DNA of 64,000 nucleotides from a virus: IMG/VR virus record IMGVR_UViG_3300028653_000010; one strand, 5' to 3'. Shown piece by piece: positions 18,836 to 27,366 of this stretch (position 1 is its first letter; each line of letters starts with the position of its first letter). The notes under the pieces were generated by a model. It saw only the letters and a program-made list of their open reading frames with translations, ran no database searches and was not told where the DNA came from. The position numbers and the translations under genes were made by a program.

Positions 18836-20506
18836 TCATCGAAATCCGAGAGAGAACAATTTACCTTTGGTGACCAATTGAACCTTCTCAGAGTTAGTGA
18901 GGGTTCGGCCCAGTACCTCACGACAAGCCGTAAGGTAACTATCTACATTTGGATATGAGGCCGTCCCGCCTAGAGCGATCACGGTCCTATAAATTCGAGC
19001 ATCACCTGCCATTGAGGATTTCTTTTCAGACCTCTCAAGAAGGCGATTCATGACGAGTATTTCTCGTCCTGAAAATCTGTTAGCCTTGCCTACAGCTTCC
19101 CACCCACCCATGTCATGCAGGATCAACCCTGCTAGGACACTTCTAGCTTTGGATGAGTCTTTAACGTTGGCTAGTACCATCTTAGATCGCTCACGCCACT
19201 TGGCGTAACGTAGAGCTGACCTAATAAGAGATTCATTGGACCTATTCTCGTCCAACTTACTCTCCTCATCCTTGTTAGAGTCGGAGATGTCTTTCTTGAC
19301 CTTGTTCGTGACCTCTCCAACTAGAGAGTCGTACAGATCATTGATGACTTTCTTAAAAGGACGAGTTGAATCCTCAGTATCTGGGGGGGACTTGGAAGAG
19401 CCCCCCATTTCAGATTGACCAGGAAAATCCTGCTCAGCAGAATTGATCCGAGCCCGAGGAGCATCCATAATCTGCTGCAGACGAGCTTTATGGGCTTCAG
19501 CAGCCCTAGCAGTACCAGAGAACGGAGGCGGTACATGGAGGGATCCTAGTGAGGGCCCATCATGCAAGTATGCTAGGTAGTCAGCAGGCTTCGCTACAGC
19601 TCCAACCCCAATGGGGGCGAGACGAGCAGCCTTCTGCATAATGTTAGGGTCAAAAACCTCTGTGGGTCGCGTATACGCTACTTGAATCTTGCGACGGGCC
19701 TCAGCCAACTCCGCTGTCTTCGGGTCGAGGATGGACCTCAGTACCGCTCCGGAGAAGGCTGGGTGTGCTACCCATGAGCCCTCTATAAACTTGACAGACC
19801 CTGGCTCCTTCGTGATATGTCCGCAGAGCTCAGCTATCTTGCGACGCTGACCCTTACCATCGAGGAACCAGTTACCCTTCTCATACTTGATGTGACGACA
19901 GAGTTGAGTTTCGTCTTCGGCTACGTTGCCACATTTAGTACAGATGGTGAAGCCCACATGGCAACCCATACTCAAGGTACTGAGTTGACCACTCGTGATA
20001 GCTTCAATGAGAGACTTGTGCTTGCGGTCGGTAGCTATAAGGATGTCGACGTAGACCGACTCCCCTATGTCCCGAGCAGCTGCATCAATGATCTTGCCCT
20101 TGGACAGCTCTGGGATCTGGATGTGCTCAACGTAGTTCTCGCCACCTATGAAGGTACGGAAGGACGCGAGGAGGAGATTGCGCTCCCAACAATCCTGGTT
20201 GTTGTTGACATACTTCGTGGTACCTGCAGACACATAGAAGTCCGGGAACTGTCTATCGATCTGGAGACCATCGAACATCTGGATGCCCGTGGGCATCCCA
20301 GGCTTCTCAGTATCCACCGAGGCAATGATCGTACAGTGGCTGAGGAGATACTGGGCTGGGTCATACTGCTGGAGTACAACCTGAGATGCCCTTCGTACCT
20401 CGAAGGTGGGGGCGGGTAGCAAAGCTTTTGAACGAACATCGTCCCACCCAGCTTGAGTGATGACAGGGTTCGTGAATGTAGCTTTGGCGTACTTGGAGAA
20501 ACCCAT
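18836..20506 (-). CDS. Prohead maturation protease (HK97/assemblin-type serine protease) with zinc-ribbon insert
   Basis: His in YVEH..SKGKIID, Ser in LSMGC, CTKC..CRH insert, E.SWV..PAF. Positioned between portal and scaffold. Start reassigned to MGFSKY. Confidence 0.75.
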   Translation of the reverse strand: MGFSKYAKATFTNPVITQAGWDDVRSKALLPAPTFEVRRASQVVLQQYDPAQYLLSHCTIIASVDTEKPGMPTGIQMFDGLQIDRQFPDFYVSAGTTKYVNNNQDCWERNLLLASFRTFIGGENYVEHIQIPELSKGKIIDAAARDIGESVYVDILIATDRKHKSLIEAITSGQLSTLSMGCHVGFTICTKCGNVAEDETQLCRHIKYEKGNWFLDGKGQRRKIAELCGHITKEPGSVKFIEGSWVAHPAFSGAVLRSILDPKTAELAEARRKIQVAYTRPTEVFDPNIMQKAARLAPIGVGAVAKPADYLAYLHDGPSLGSLHVPPPFSGTARAAEAHKARLQQIMDAPRARINSAEQDFPGQSEMGGSSKSPPDTEDSTRPFKKVINDLYDSLVGEVTNKVKKDISDSNKDEESKLDENRSNESLIRSALRYAKWRERSKMVLANVKDSSKARSVLAGLILHDMGGWEAVGKANRFSGREILVMNRLLERSEKKSSMAGDARIYRTVIALGGTASYPNVDSYLTACREVLGRTLTNSEKVQLVTKGKLFSLGFR

Positions 20507-21240
20507 TAGGTGGCCCCTACTCCAAACCATTGATGAGGTTCACCAGTGGGACCCAGCACTGAGACTGGGTCAATGATGGTTAAGCACTTGGGACAAGCAA
20601 AGACCTTATGGCGTGCGCCCTCTTGCATCCTATAGGTAGAGCGCCTCATCCTGTTCGAGCATTTGGGACAAGCGGGACGACCCGCTTTGACATCCTGGTT
20701 GGTAGCTCGATACTGCCTATTCTGGGCTACCCAGTAAGCAGCAGTCTTTTGAAGGTGATCTTGGATCCGAAGCTCACCAGCATTGTGCGCAAACAGATAG
20801 AACTTAGCTACCTCAGCTCTGAGGGCCTCGTCATTCACGTTTGGGTAAAGAGCGCGATAGAGGTCGTCATAGGCGATGACCTCACTCGCGCCCTTATGCC
20901 AATGCCTTGCCAGCTCTACATAAACCGAGGGCTGGAACTGCTTACTCCAGAGGGAATTTGAGGAAGCTTCCTTCCGAGCCCTCTCGATTTCTACAGTCAT
21001 GTAGCTCTGATCAAACTGTGGTGGCAAGTACTTGATGAACTTTGGGTTCACCCGCACCACATCATCCGGAAACACACGCTCGTTACCGAATGGCCATTGA
21101 ACATCAAGTACGCCAAGACCTTTGTGGACGGCAGTTACCGTACCCACGTAGGGTGAGAGATCCCCATCGATGACGTCGATCTTTTGGACCACGTCACCCT
21201 GAGTGAACTCCTGTGTTAGCTTCCAATAATCAATAGCCAT
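20506..21240 (-). CDS. Hypothetical protein: SH3-like N-terminus, C-terminal zinc ribbon
   Basis: GDVVQK..YVGTVTAV...VQW at the N-terminus; CPKC...CPKC after KTAA. Confidence 0.6.
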   Translation of the reverse strand: MAIDYWKLTQEFTQGDVVQKIDVIDGDLSPYVGTVTAVHKGLGVLDVQWPFGNERVFPDDVVRVNPKFIKYLPPQFDQSYMTVEIERARKEASSNSLWSKQFQPSVYVELARHWHKGASEVIAYDDLYRALYPNVNDEALRAEVAKFYLFAHNAGELRIQDHLQKTAAYWVAQNRQYRATNQDVKAGRPACPKCSNRMRRSTYRMQEGARHKVFACPKCLTIIDPVSVLGPTGEPHQWFGVGAT

Positions 21241-21261
21241 TGTGGCCCTGCTTGTGTGAAT

Positions 21262-22338
21262 TTACGGAGCGAGGGGGCGACCTGAGGTTGACTTGCCAGT
21301 TTCAACTGCCTGAGATTGGTCATCCTTGAACAAGCTCATGTACTCGTTCTCATCGGCATCGGTCTGAATGGGAGCCATCGGAGCATCGAAGGTATTCATG
21401 TACCCTTCGTCCGTATCCTTCTGCAGGACCTTGGCTTCTCGGAGAACGTGAACCTGGCGTTTGAACATGTGTTCCTCGCCATAGGCTAGCTTCTCGACCT
21501 CGTCCGCTACCTTGTCAATTTCATTGACAACAGCGCGAGCAGCTTCGAAGTTCATGCCCCACTTCTCGTGGTTGTCTTGAACAACCTGGGCAATGCGGTC
21601 TAGCCGGCTAAGAACTTTGCTGGCTTCTTCCTGAGCAAACTTGGCAGTCATGTTATTTCCCTCTGGGGTTGTTGAGGACTCACGTACCGTTAGTAGGGGT
21701 TTGGTTTGAGATTCCCCTGCCAACTTAGCTAAAAGCAGATTGTAGAGGTTTGCATCCACTACAGCACTGTACCGACCATCTCCGGCGGACCTGATAGCGA
21801 GGTCCAGGGCTGCTCTGAATCGAGCATCTGGAACCATACCGTCAATCGCCTTCGACAAAACTGATTGAGTCAGCCACTCTCTCGCTGACGAGAGAAGTAG
21901 ATCGTAGTCTTTAGAGGTCAGATCTCGAACTGCACCTTGTTCCCACCCCACATAGGGTGCGAATCCTTCGTGACCTGCTGGATATGGATCAATACCGTTA
22001 TACATCGAGGTCCTTGAAGGTTGTGAGTCAGAGTCGTTTGCCAGCATGGGTGCATCCACCTGTGCTTTGACTAAGGGATAAGAAGAATAGGGGGTGGTTT
22101 CCTGAGCCCTAACAGCTAGCTGAACCAACCTCCGAATGTCCTTCACAGATCCGCCAATTTCCCTTCGATTCTCAGAGAGGTCCTTGTCCTTCTTACTCAA
22201 ATCAGGATCCTGCTCCGCCTCAACCTCTTCACGACGTCGGTCATGACGAGGGGGCTTGACCTTAGGCATCGGGTGGACGAGACGCTCTGCCTCTTCCTCC
22301 TCGCGATCATTAAGGTTCTTGGTACTAGTTACTTCCAT
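21262..22338 (-). CDS. Hypothetical head-module protein
   Basis: 358 aa between portal and protease. Confidence 0.6.
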   Translation of the reverse strand: MEVTSTKNLNDREEEEAERLVHPMPKVKPPRHDRRREEVEAEQDPDLSKKDKDLSENRREIGGSVKDIRRLVQLAVRAQETTPYSSYPLVKAQVDAPMLANDSDSQPSRTSMYNGIDPYPAGHEGFAPYVGWEQGAVRDLTSKDYDLLLSSAREWLTQSVLSKAIDGMVPDARFRAALDLAIRSAGDGRYSAVVDANLYNLLLAKLAGESQTKPLLTVRESSTTPEGNNMTAKFAQEEASKVLSRLDRIAQVVQDNHEKWGMNFEAARAVVNEIDKVADEVEKLAYGEEHMFKRQVHVLREAKVLQKDTDEGYMNTFDAPMAPIQTDADENEYMSLFKDDQSQAVETGKSTSGRPLAP

Positions 22339-22390
22339 AGCCTGTGAAGTCAGACTTCCTATCTAGCCTGGACCCAAAAGGACTATTGGA

Positions 22391-24205
22391 TTATCCGAAC
22401 CTGGACTCTGATTCAGGAGGAGGAGCTTCGTTCTTCTTCAACTTGAGGTACTCAGCAATCTTCTGAGCAACGTCAGTCTCCTCTACCAACTTCCTGCCAA
22501 CCTCACCGTAGATACCTCGTAGTACCTCGTTGAATGTAGCGTCATTGATAGTGAACATGTCACGTTCAAGCTTCTCCTTGGTGTCCAACGGATCAATGTT
22601 GAACATCTCAAGAATAACGTCGATGCTGAGACTGCCCTTTTGATAGAGGTTGAACAAGGCGTCGAAAGTGTCTTGCGAGTCTCGTAGGGCCAACCGAGTG
22701 AAGCTGAGGCGCGGGTAGAGGACAACTTCGTTCCCCCACTCATCCTCCTCAATGAAACCCTTCCTACGAGCCACTGGTTTGAACAAGTACTTCTCAACGT
22801 ATTCCTGAATCATTTCACGGAATAACAGATACCTAGTGTTGAGAACCTCTAGTTTAACACGATCACCAGAGAATGTAGATTCACCGTTGAGTAGGGACTC
22901 AGTCACCCCAAGGCCAGCGAACAGCTGCTTGTCCGTGATCTCGTATTCCGTCGAGAGGTCCAACAGACGGTCCCGGGCTCCGATGTCTTCCCAATGAACC
23001 TCGTAGTTCGTAATGATGCTGTAGTCAGGATCGACCAAGGCAAGATCGACCTGCTCACGCAAGTCTTCCACATCCAACTCGGATAACCCCTCACCCCAGA
23101 TGAGGCGCTTGGGGGTCATCGCGCGGGTGGCGATGAGGGTCTGAGCTTGGCGAAGCTTCTCTCTATAGTAGAGGGTCCGGAGACATCGATCTAGAATGCT
23201 GGCTCCTAGGTCTTCCCCTGCACCCCTTCGACCTGCCAAGTGGTAGCAGAATGAACCTTCGTCGGGGTCCGTACCCAAGGGGATCAGTTTTCCAGACTCA
23301 ATGTACTCTCGAACCTCAGCCGGGATCTCCTCGACCATCTCTTGGGCACGCTCATCACCTGCCTTAGCCTGAGTGAAGAGAACCTTGTCTCGGTCACTAG
23401 GGATCAGTTCGATTCTTGTCTTGTCGGTGAAAGAGAAGGTCGTGAGCTTGACCTGGTCGATGGGGAGTATGACCAGCTTGGTCCACCCCTTATAGTGCTT
23501 CTGGTAGTAAGCCAGGTCACGCTCCTCATGATCATCATAGGGCTCGACTGACTCTTCTTCAGTCTCCGTACCAGTACCATCCTCATTAAGGATAGCTTGC
23601 GGGCGGCGCTCAACTCGATTCCCAACATCGACTGGAATGTCAACAGATCCATCCTCGGCGAACAGGAACACGTTTCCATCCAGCCAATAGTGATGGACAG
23701 CTGTGATCAACCTCTTGAAGAGATCAACCTTGTCACACATACGCTCGAAGAAATCTAGGATGTACTTTCCGTAATTGTCAGCACTCTTGAAGCCCTCGGG
23801 GCAATGCAGGGGCCTGGGAGTAGCCAGCCTGACCTTAGAGAGTGGAAGTTCGGTATGGATGTCGATAGCTTGACCAACAAGAGGGTCAGCATTGTAGAAG
23901 TGGCGATATATCTCCCTCTTCTCACGAAGAGACTGAGGTAACTCGAGAAAGTCTGTTGATAACTGAGGTGAGAAGAACGAACTGTTGCCTGAAAGAGAGG
24001 TATTAGTACCAGCGCCAGTTGGTACAGGGCCCCCATAGTTCCCCGCACCACTCATATTAGAGGTACGGATCCGCCGCGCGAGTCGCTCTTTCTCGGTCAA
24101 GTTGGTAAACTTACCCTTCGCAGCATAAGGAGCATACTGTCTGCTCGTAGAGGTCCACGGAGTGGAGAACCCACTCGTAGGGACGTTAGTAAATCTAGCC
24201 GCCAT
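22391..24205 (-). CDS. Portal protein
   Basis: 604 aa. FYNADPLVGQAID, HYWLDGNVF and LGVTESLLNGESTFS are portal-like segments. Located after terminase and before protease. Confidence 0.8.
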   Translation of the reverse strand: MAARFTNVPTSGFSTPWTSTSRQYAPYAAKGKFTNLTEKERLARRIRTSNMSGAGNYGGPVPTGAGTNTSLSGNSSFFSPQLSTDFLELPQSLREKREIYRHFYNADPLVGQAIDIHTELPLSKVRLATPRPLHCPEGFKSADNYGKYILDFFERMCDKVDLFKRLITAVHHYWLDGNVFLFAEDGSVDIPVDVGNRVERRPQAILNEDGTGTETEEESVEPYDDHEERDLAYYQKHYKGWTKLVILPIDQVKLTTFSFTDKTRIELIPSDRDKVLFTQAKAGDERAQEMVEEIPAEVREYIESGKLIPLGTDPDEGSFCYHLAGRRGAGEDLGASILDRCLRTLYYREKLRQAQTLIATRAMTPKRLIWGEGLSELDVEDLREQVDLALVDPDYSIITNYEVHWEDIGARDRLLDLSTEYEITDKQLFAGLGVTESLLNGESTFSGDRVKLEVLNTRYLLFREMIQEYVEKYLFKPVARRKGFIEEDEWGNEVVLYPRLSFTRLALRDSQDTFDALFNLYQKGSLSIDVILEMFNIDPLDTKEKLERDMFTINDATFNEVLRGIYGEVGRKLVEETDVAQKIAEYLKLKKNEAPPPESESRFG

Positions 24206-24732
24206 TAGGGTGACTCCTCGCCATACAAATCATCGATGTCTGAAGCTGTTGTCTCCGATAGGCCCTGACTAACTAGGTCGACTTCTTCAGTGGTCATTGG
24301 AGGTATCCCATAAAGGGCTTCCAACGGGTCCCTAGGCGCCGATGCCTTCTTCTGCTTGTCAGCCTCAATCTTAGACAAACGTTGAGCCTCGACTTGCTTC
24401 TGTCGGTTCCGGTCTTCTGTATCGCGAGCAACTACTGTAAGAATTCTATTTTCAAGGCCTGCAGTTCGACGAGCAGCTTGAAAGACCATCCCTGAGAAGC
24501 GTTTTCCAGAGTTGGCAATTGAGATGTATGAATAGGACGCCTCATCAGCCACGTGCCGAGCCTTGGAGTACAAAGTTGCGTAGATCTCGTTCAACTTTCC
24601 AGAGTGATCCACTATCAAGTCACGAACTCGAACTGCTTCTTCACATAGCTCGTTAATATTCATCTGATCCAGGGACTTCCTGAACCGATAGACCTCTTGC
24701 GGCTTGGGTTTTAGTTCGTTGTCAGCCATCAC
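24205..24732 (-). CDS. Hypothetical protein
   Basis: 175 aa, overlap-coupled to both neighbours. Confidence 0.6.
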   Translation of the reverse strand: MMADNELKPKPQEVYRFRKSLDQMNINELCEEAVRVRDLIVDHSGKLNEIYATLYSKARHVADEASYSYISIANSGKRFSGMVFQAARRTAGLENRILTVVARDTEDRNRQKQVEAQRLSKIEADKQKKASAPRDPLEALYGIPPMTTEEVDLVSQGLSETTASDIDDLYGEESP

Positions 24733-25247
24733 ATTGACGTTTGGATACCAAGGAAGTTGTTGTTCACTGATTTAGGAACTTGGGCGACGAACCCGGTGAA
24801 GAATGCTGGTGCCAATAGGTCACCGGAGATGGTGAGTTCATCCTCCTTGGTCCACAAACCTCTTTTTGATAAGTAAAGTATATCGTTGGCCTGGTAGACC
24901 AGAGGAACGTAGGGTCCGCCTAGTAATCTAGAGGAATATGTATAGCGTTCGTAGCTAGTGGTAGCCATCAGGCACCCACCAGACAACATAATGGCATACT
25001 GATAGACCAACTGTTGCTGAGTCATTGCAGTAAATTGATCTGCCGACTCATCAGAACCCCAAATCAGGAAACCACCGTATAGACCACTTGAGAATGTCAC
25101 CATTCTCTCATCAGTAGTGGAGTCCACCCATTGAACTCCTTGCCCTCCAGACCACCCAAGACTGAGCATGTCCGGAGATACAATAACAGGTTGAGTGTCC
25201 CCCTTGAAGAACACAACGCAATCTCTAGAGCGGATGATCTCGGGCAT
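24729..25247 (-). CDS. Decoration-like protein, paralogue 3
   Basis: Shares RDC..FKGD, GW.GGQGV.WV and WGS.ES.DQFTAMT with the two upstream genes. Confidence 0.65.
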   Translation of the reverse strand: MPEIIRSRDCVVFFKGDTQPVIVSPDMLSLGWSGGQGVQWVDSTTDERMVTFSSGLYGGFLIWGSDESADQFTAMTQQQLVYQYAIMLSGGCLMATTSYERYTYSSRLLGGPYVPLVYQANDILYLSKRGLWTKEDELTISGDLLAPAFFTGFVAQVPKSVNNNFLGIQTSM

Positions 25248-25253
25248 GGGGTC

Positions 25254-25784
25254 TCAAATTGAAGTCTGGATTACGATGTAGTTACTGTTCTCAGGAGCTG
25301 GGGCTTGAACCACGTTTCCTATGAAGTAGGTGTTGGGGCGGCGCGGGTCGAGCGGAGCCTGACTCCACTCATCCTCATTGGTCCAGTACCCTCGACGTGA
25401 GAACAATACCCTTTGCCCTACCGTGTAGATGATAGGTACCAGAGGCCCGCTCTGACGCGAGGCGTAGGTATACTGCTCGAAGGCGATGGTTGCTATGACC
25501 CAACCACCGGCGCAGAACGTCCCGTACCCGTAAAGGGGTTGAGCCCCTGTCATCGAAGTGAACTGATCTGAGGACTCGTTGGATCCCCAGAGCATGAAGC
25601 CACCGTAGATACCATCAGAGAAGGTTACAATGAACTCGTCTTGGTCTGAATCAACCCACTTGACTCCCTGCCCACCAACCCAGCCCTGAGTAGCCATGTT
25701 CTGAGACACGGAGACAGTATAGGAATCGCCCTTGAACAAGACGTAGCAATCACGAGTCCTTGGGAATTCTTGGATGAAGGTCAA
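25254..25784 (-). CDS. Decoration-like protein, paralogue 2
   Basis: Same conserved motifs as its two neighbours. Confidence 0.65.
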   Translation of the reverse strand: MTFIQEFPRTRDCYVLFKGDSYTVSVSQNMATQGWVGGQGVKWVDSDQDEFIVTFSDGIYGGFMLWGSNESSDQFTSMTGAQPLYGYGTFCAGGWVIATIAFEQYTYASRQSGPLVPIIYTVGQRVLFSRRGYWTNEDEWSQAPLDPRRPNTYFIGNVVQAPAPENSNYIVIQTSI

Positions 25785-26317
25785 ATTGACACCTGAATCC
25801 CCATGTAGTAATTAGTCAGAGCTGTAGGGGCTTGAGTTACGAACCCAATAAAATAAGTGTTGGGGCGGCGCGGGTCGAGCGAGAGGGTCCACTCGTCTTC
25901 CTTGGTCCAGTAACCCCTCAAGGAGAACAGAAGACGATCGCTAGCATGGTATACGATAGGTACTAAAGGCCCACTCTGACGCGAGGCGTAAGTATACTGC
26001 TCGAAGGAGGTGGTTAGAATATGCCAGCCGCCAGCCCCTACAGTCCCAAACCTGTAGTAGGGCTGATTCTCAGTCATAGCTGTAAATTGATCTGAGGACT
26101 CATTTGAACCCCAGAGCATGAAACCAGCATAATAACCATTAGACTGAGTTACTACGAACTCATCGAGGGTCGACGCTACCCACTGCACAGCCTGACCGCC
26201 CTTCCACCCTTGGGTAGCTAGGACGCTATCAACCGTCACAGGATAGGCATCACCCTTAACAAGGATGATACAATCCCGGTCCCGAATGGGCTCGTTGCTG
26301 ACGAGCTGCTCAGGCAT
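25781..26317 (-). CDS. Decoration-like protein, paralogue 1
   Basis: Same conserved motifs as the two downstream genes. Confidence 0.65.
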   Translation of the reverse strand: MPEQLVSNEPIRDRDCIILVKGDAYPVTVDSVLATQGWKGGQAVQWVASTLDEFVVTQSNGYYAGFMLWGSNESSDQFTAMTENQPYYRFGTVGAGGWHILTTSFEQYTYASRQSGPLVPIVYHASDRLLFSLRGYWTKEDEWTLSLDPRRPNTYFIGFVTQAPTALTNYYMGIQVSI

Positions 26318-27366
26318 TAGATGGTCTCCTGCTTCTTCTTGCGATTAGGTAACTGAGCCCAAGCGGACACGATGTCCTCAAGCAGCTTGTTGTTTTTCAT
26401 ATCGCCATTCATGAAGCCTTCCCAAGAACCACCCTTCTGCCTAAACACCAAACGGATCGACTCAAAATCAATATCCTCAGTAATGAAGTCCTCGCCTAAG
26501 AGGTGATCCACTAGTTGACGAATGATTCGGTGAGAGAAGATCAGAGGTGGGTTAGTTTCTGGGTCAAGACCTGCAGCCTTCTCGTTGAACTTCTCTATTA
26601 CCGTACCATCCTTCATGTATGCGTCTTCGAGAGCGGGAACCAAGTACTGACTACGCAAGGTCGAAGCCTCATGCCCTACAGCCTCAGCAGCCCCTTCAAG
26701 GGCCTTCTTGAACTCCTTTTTGAGGATCTCGTCCTTCCTCTTCCTATCACTGGGGAGTTTTGGACCTTTGGATCTAAGAGCCCGTAGTCTCTCTTGCATT
26801 TCACGATTAGCGTGAAGACCTCGAATGTCTTTCGCTGTGATATTGAAGGAACTCAAGTACTCGTTGACTTCCTTTGATCCAACACCTTCAAAGAGCCCTC
26901 CAGTATCCTTCTCGACGGAGTCGTAGGCTGCCTTGAGCGCGGGCAAGATCTTGGAGTCATCAACAACCTTCTCGTGCTTCACACCAGACTTACCAGTGTA
27001 CTTGATGACGGCCTTCCCCTTACCCAAGGATACATGTTGTTTCTGCCATCCAGTAACTCCGAAGTGCCCACGCTCTTCAGCGGAGTCGTCGTTACCAACC
27101 CTCTCGTAGGTGTGGTCGATCAGAGCCACTACAAGTGCGGTCAACTTGGTTTTGGTATCCTTGGACTTTAGGTCCTTCTCAACCTTACTGCGCAGCTTCC
27201 CCAGAGAGGACTTGAACTTCTCGATTCGATCAGCCTTCTCATTATTCCTCCGTGATACCTGCTGAGGGCTGTAGATGTAGACCGTGTTCCCACTGTCTAG
27301 CTTCTTCTTTTCCTGATAGCGAGCTGCAACACGGAGCGAAGTCTCATCGAGAATGGGATGCCTCAC
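26317..27366 (-). CDS. DNA topoisomerase IB (bacterial/poxviral type catalytic domain)
   Basis: Catalytic set in order: ERVGN (R), FGVT, YTGKSG (K), TAKDIR (R), VGH (H), LRSQY (Y). Confidence 0.85.
   Translation of the reverse strand: MRHPILDETSLRVAARYQEKKKLDSGNTVYIYSPQQVSRRNNEKADRIEKFKSSLGKLRSKVEKDLKSKDTKTKLTALVVALIDHTYERVGNDDSAEERGHFGVTGWQKQHVSLGKGKAVIKYTGKSGVKHEKVVDDSKILPALKAAYDSVEKDTGGLFEGVGSKEVNEYLSSFNITAKDIRGLHANREMQERLRALRSKGPKLPSDRKRKDEILKKEFKKALEGAAEAVGHEASTLRSQYLVPALEDAYMKDGTVIEKFNEKAAGLDPETNPPLIFSHRIIRQLVDHLLGEDFITEDIDFESIRLVFRQKGGSWEGFMNGDMKNNKLLEDIVSAWAQLPNRKKKQETI

Noticed and set aside
24729-26317. Diversity-generating retroelement template/variable repeats
   Set aside because: The repeats lie within paralogous genes, differences are not adenine-specific, and no reverse transcriptase is present in the window.
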